A DNA stretch of 64,000 nucleotides from Betaproteobacteria bacterium (GTDB lineage: Bacteria; Pseudomonadota; Gammaproteobacteria; Burkholderiales; SG8-39): the NCBI GenBank assembly GCA_005883675.1, contig VBCM01000191.1, positions 109 through 64,108 of the forward strand, read 5' to 3'. The translations under genes and the position numbers were made by a program. The notes beneath the pieces were generated by a model. That model was not told the DNA's origin, ran no database searches, and saw only the letters and a list, made by a program, of their open reading frames with translations. Of the stretch, positions 62,374 through 64,000 are shown piece by piece; the first letter of the stretch is position 1; the number at the start of each line of letters is the position of its first letter.

Positions 62374-63548
62374 GGCCGCTCGAAGGCGTCACGGTTGTCG
62401 CGCTCGAGCAGGTCATTGCCGGCCCGTTCGCGACGCGCCAGCTCGCCGAGCTCGGCGCGCGCGTCATCAAGATAGAGCGCCCCGGAACAGGCGATGCCGC
62501 GCGAGCCTACGATCGCACGGTGAAGGGCCAATCGTCTCATTTCGTCTGGACCAACCGCTCGAAGGAGAGCCTCACCCTTGATGTGAAGCATCCGGCAGCG
62601 GAGCGGGTGCTGCAGAAGCTCCTCGACGCGGCGGATGTATTCGTCCACAACCTCGCTCCCGGTGCCGTAGAGCGCCTCGGCATGGGCGCGGCGGCGCTGC
62701 GCGAGCGCAAACCGTCGCTCGTCTGGTGCAGCATCTCCGGCTATGGGCCGAGTGGACCGTACGCCGCAAAGAAGGCCTACGACCTGCTCGTGCAGTGCGA
62801 GGCTGGCCTGTTGTCTATCACCGGCACCGAAGAGACACCGTGCAAGGCGGGCATTCCGGTCGCAGATATCGCCGCCGGCATGTACGCTTTCTCCGCCATC
62901 CTGGCGGCGCTTCTGCGCCGCGGGCGCACCGGCGAAGGCGCCACGATCGAGATCACGATGCTGGAGGCGCTCGGCGAGTGGATGGGGTTCCCCGCGTATT
63001 TCACCGCATATGGGGGTACGGCGCCGCCGCGTTCGGGCGCGCACCACGCGACCATCGCGCCCTATGGTCCGTTTGAGGCCGGCGATGGCGGCAGCGTCTT
63101 TATCAGCGTGCAAAACGAGCGCGAATTCGCGCGCTTTTGCGAGCAGGTGCTGGGGGACAAGGCTCTTGCCCGCGATGCGCGTTTCGCGAGCGCGCCAGCG
63201 CGGCTCGCAAACCGACGAGCGCTGCAGGCCGCAATCGATGGTGTGTTCCGCGCGCTCACCACGAGCCAGGTGATCGACAAGCTCGATGCCGCCGGCATCG
63301 CCAATGCGAGGTTGAACGGCATGGCGGATTTCTGGCGCCATCCGCAGCTCGCGGCCCGCGACCGCTGGGCGAGCGTCGGCTCTTCCGCGGGGTCGATCAA
63401 GGCGCTTAAGCCGGCGTTCAACCTCTCGGGGTTCGAGCCGAAGATGGGCGCGGTCCCGGCGCTCGGCGAGCATACGCGCGCATTGCTGGCCGAGCTTGGC
63501 TACGCACAGGACGAGATCGAGCGACTCAGCGCCACGGGCGTGATCTAG
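62370..63548 (+). CDS. CaiB/BaiF family (class III) CoA-transferase
   Basis: 392 aa. GVTVVALEQVIAGPFATRQLAELGARVIKIERP, catalytic-Asp region KKAYDLLVQCEAG. Confidence 0.9.
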   Translation: MRPLEGVTVVALEQVIAGPFATRQLAELGARVIKIERPGTGDAARAYDRTVKGQSSHFVWTNRSKESLTLDVKHPAAERVLQKLLDAADVFVHNLAPGAVERLGMGAAALRERKPSLVWCSISGYGPSGPYAAKKAYDLLVQCEAGLLSITGTEETPCKAGIPVADIAAGMYAFSAILAALLRRGRTGEGATIEITMLEALGEWMGFPAYFTAYGGTAPPRSGAHHATIAPYGPFEAGDGGSVFISVQNEREFARFCEQVLGDKALARDARFASAPARLANRRALQAAIDGVFRALTTSQVIDKLDAAGIANARLNGMADFWRHPQLAARDRWASVGSSAGSIKALKPAFNLSGFEPKMGAVPALGEHTRALLAELGYAQDEIERLSATGVI

Positions 63549-63560
63549 CGCGCTTGGCCG

Positions 63561-64000
63561 CTATTGGCGCGGCCGTGGCGTCTCGATGCCGGCCGCCTTC
63601 GCGAGGTCACGATGAATGCGCGCGACGCGCTCGACCTCGCCCTTGGCGGGGAAGCGCTCGTAGAAGCCTTCCTCGCGGAACTGCTTCGCCATCTCCGACC
63701 AGGGCGCAAGGCGGCTTTCCCAGCGCGCGACGCGGCCGGCTTCCGGCTCGGCGTCGTCGCGCCCCAGGTCCGCGCATACCCGAACCATGGCCTTTATGGT
63801 CACGGGCTTGGTGACCATGTAGTTTTCCTTGCCCCATACGGCATCGCCGAACACGGCGCGCGCCGCCTTGAAGAAGTCGCGGATCATGCCGTAGTAGCGC
63901 GGCACTTCCTTGGAGCTGCCGCCGGCGAGCTGAATCGAGCGCCAGCGCCCGCGTACCCAGCGGTGCAGCTCGTTGAAGAGCTCCGCCTGCAGCACCCACT
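63561..64000 (-). CDS. hypothetical protein, N-terminus beyond window edge
   Basis: Open frame runs to the window end (the codon at 63995 is GTG, and the frame stays open upstream). High GC3. ...ELFNELHRWVRGRW...GFYERFPAKGEVERVARIHRDLAKAAGI. I cannot assign a family; a vague resemblance to DndB/DGQHR-type C-termini is unverified. Confidence 0.5.
   Translation of the reverse strand, partial: WVLQAELFNELHRWVRGRWRSIQLAGGSSKEVPRYYGMIRDFFKAARAVFGDAVWGKENYMVTKPVTIKAMVRVCADLGRDDAEPEAGRVARWESRLAPWSEMAKQFREEGFYERFPAKGEVERVARIHRDLAKAAGIETPRPRQ

Overview
This is a very GC-rich chromosomal segment with strong GC3 bias, so long spurious shadow ORFs occur on every strand. Gene order looks proteobacterial and most resembles Betaproteobacteria or related high-GC lineages. 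Supporting signs are several Bug/TctC-type binding proteins and the secA-M23-DciA-lpxC synteny.

About two thirds of the window is core housekeeping. The minus strand carries pgpA-thiL-nusB-ribH-ribBA and rplS-trmD-rimM-rpsP. Next come ffh with divergent ypjD-like and corC-like genes, then pilC-pilD-coaE-zapD-yacG, a mutT/ThiE-like fusion, a DUF815 ATPase, argJ-secA, an M23 peptidase and DciA. A complete dcw cluster spans 24.3-42.3 kb: lpxC, ftsZ, ftsA, ftsQ, ddl, murB, murC, murG, ftsW, murD, mraY, murF, murE, ftsI, ftsL, rsmH, mraZ.

Accessory parts:
- (i) 5.2-9.2 kb: an Mla/MCE-like operon whose ATPase-like gene has lost all catalytic motifs, followed by a TPR lipoprotein and a convergent class III cyclase. 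It sits between rpsP and ffh.
- (ii) 42.5-57.2 kb: catabolic genes comprising scoAB, two orphan binding proteins, a CMD/AhpD-like gene with a perfect 273-bp in-frame tandem duplication, MetE-like, HIBADH-like and M24-like genes, and a sugar-acid-type IlvD/Edd-aldolase-dehydrogenase set.
- (iii) 57.2-61.4 kb: an iron locus with bfr-bfd divergent from hemP, an FTR1 permease, an outer membrane barrel, an FMN_bind protein, ApbE and a small His-rich membrane protein.
- (iv) 61.4-64 kb: nfeD-like, hydratase and CaiB-type CoA-transferase genes, plus a truncated unknown gene at the window edge.

I found no rRNA, tRNA, CRISPR array, transposase or integrase.

The most striking global observation is that at least eight genes, including essential murE and the trmD/rplS junction, look interrupted by short internal deletions with frame changes. 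I consider an assembly or scaffolding artefact more likely than biology. All functional calls rest on my own recognition of translated motifs; no database search was run.
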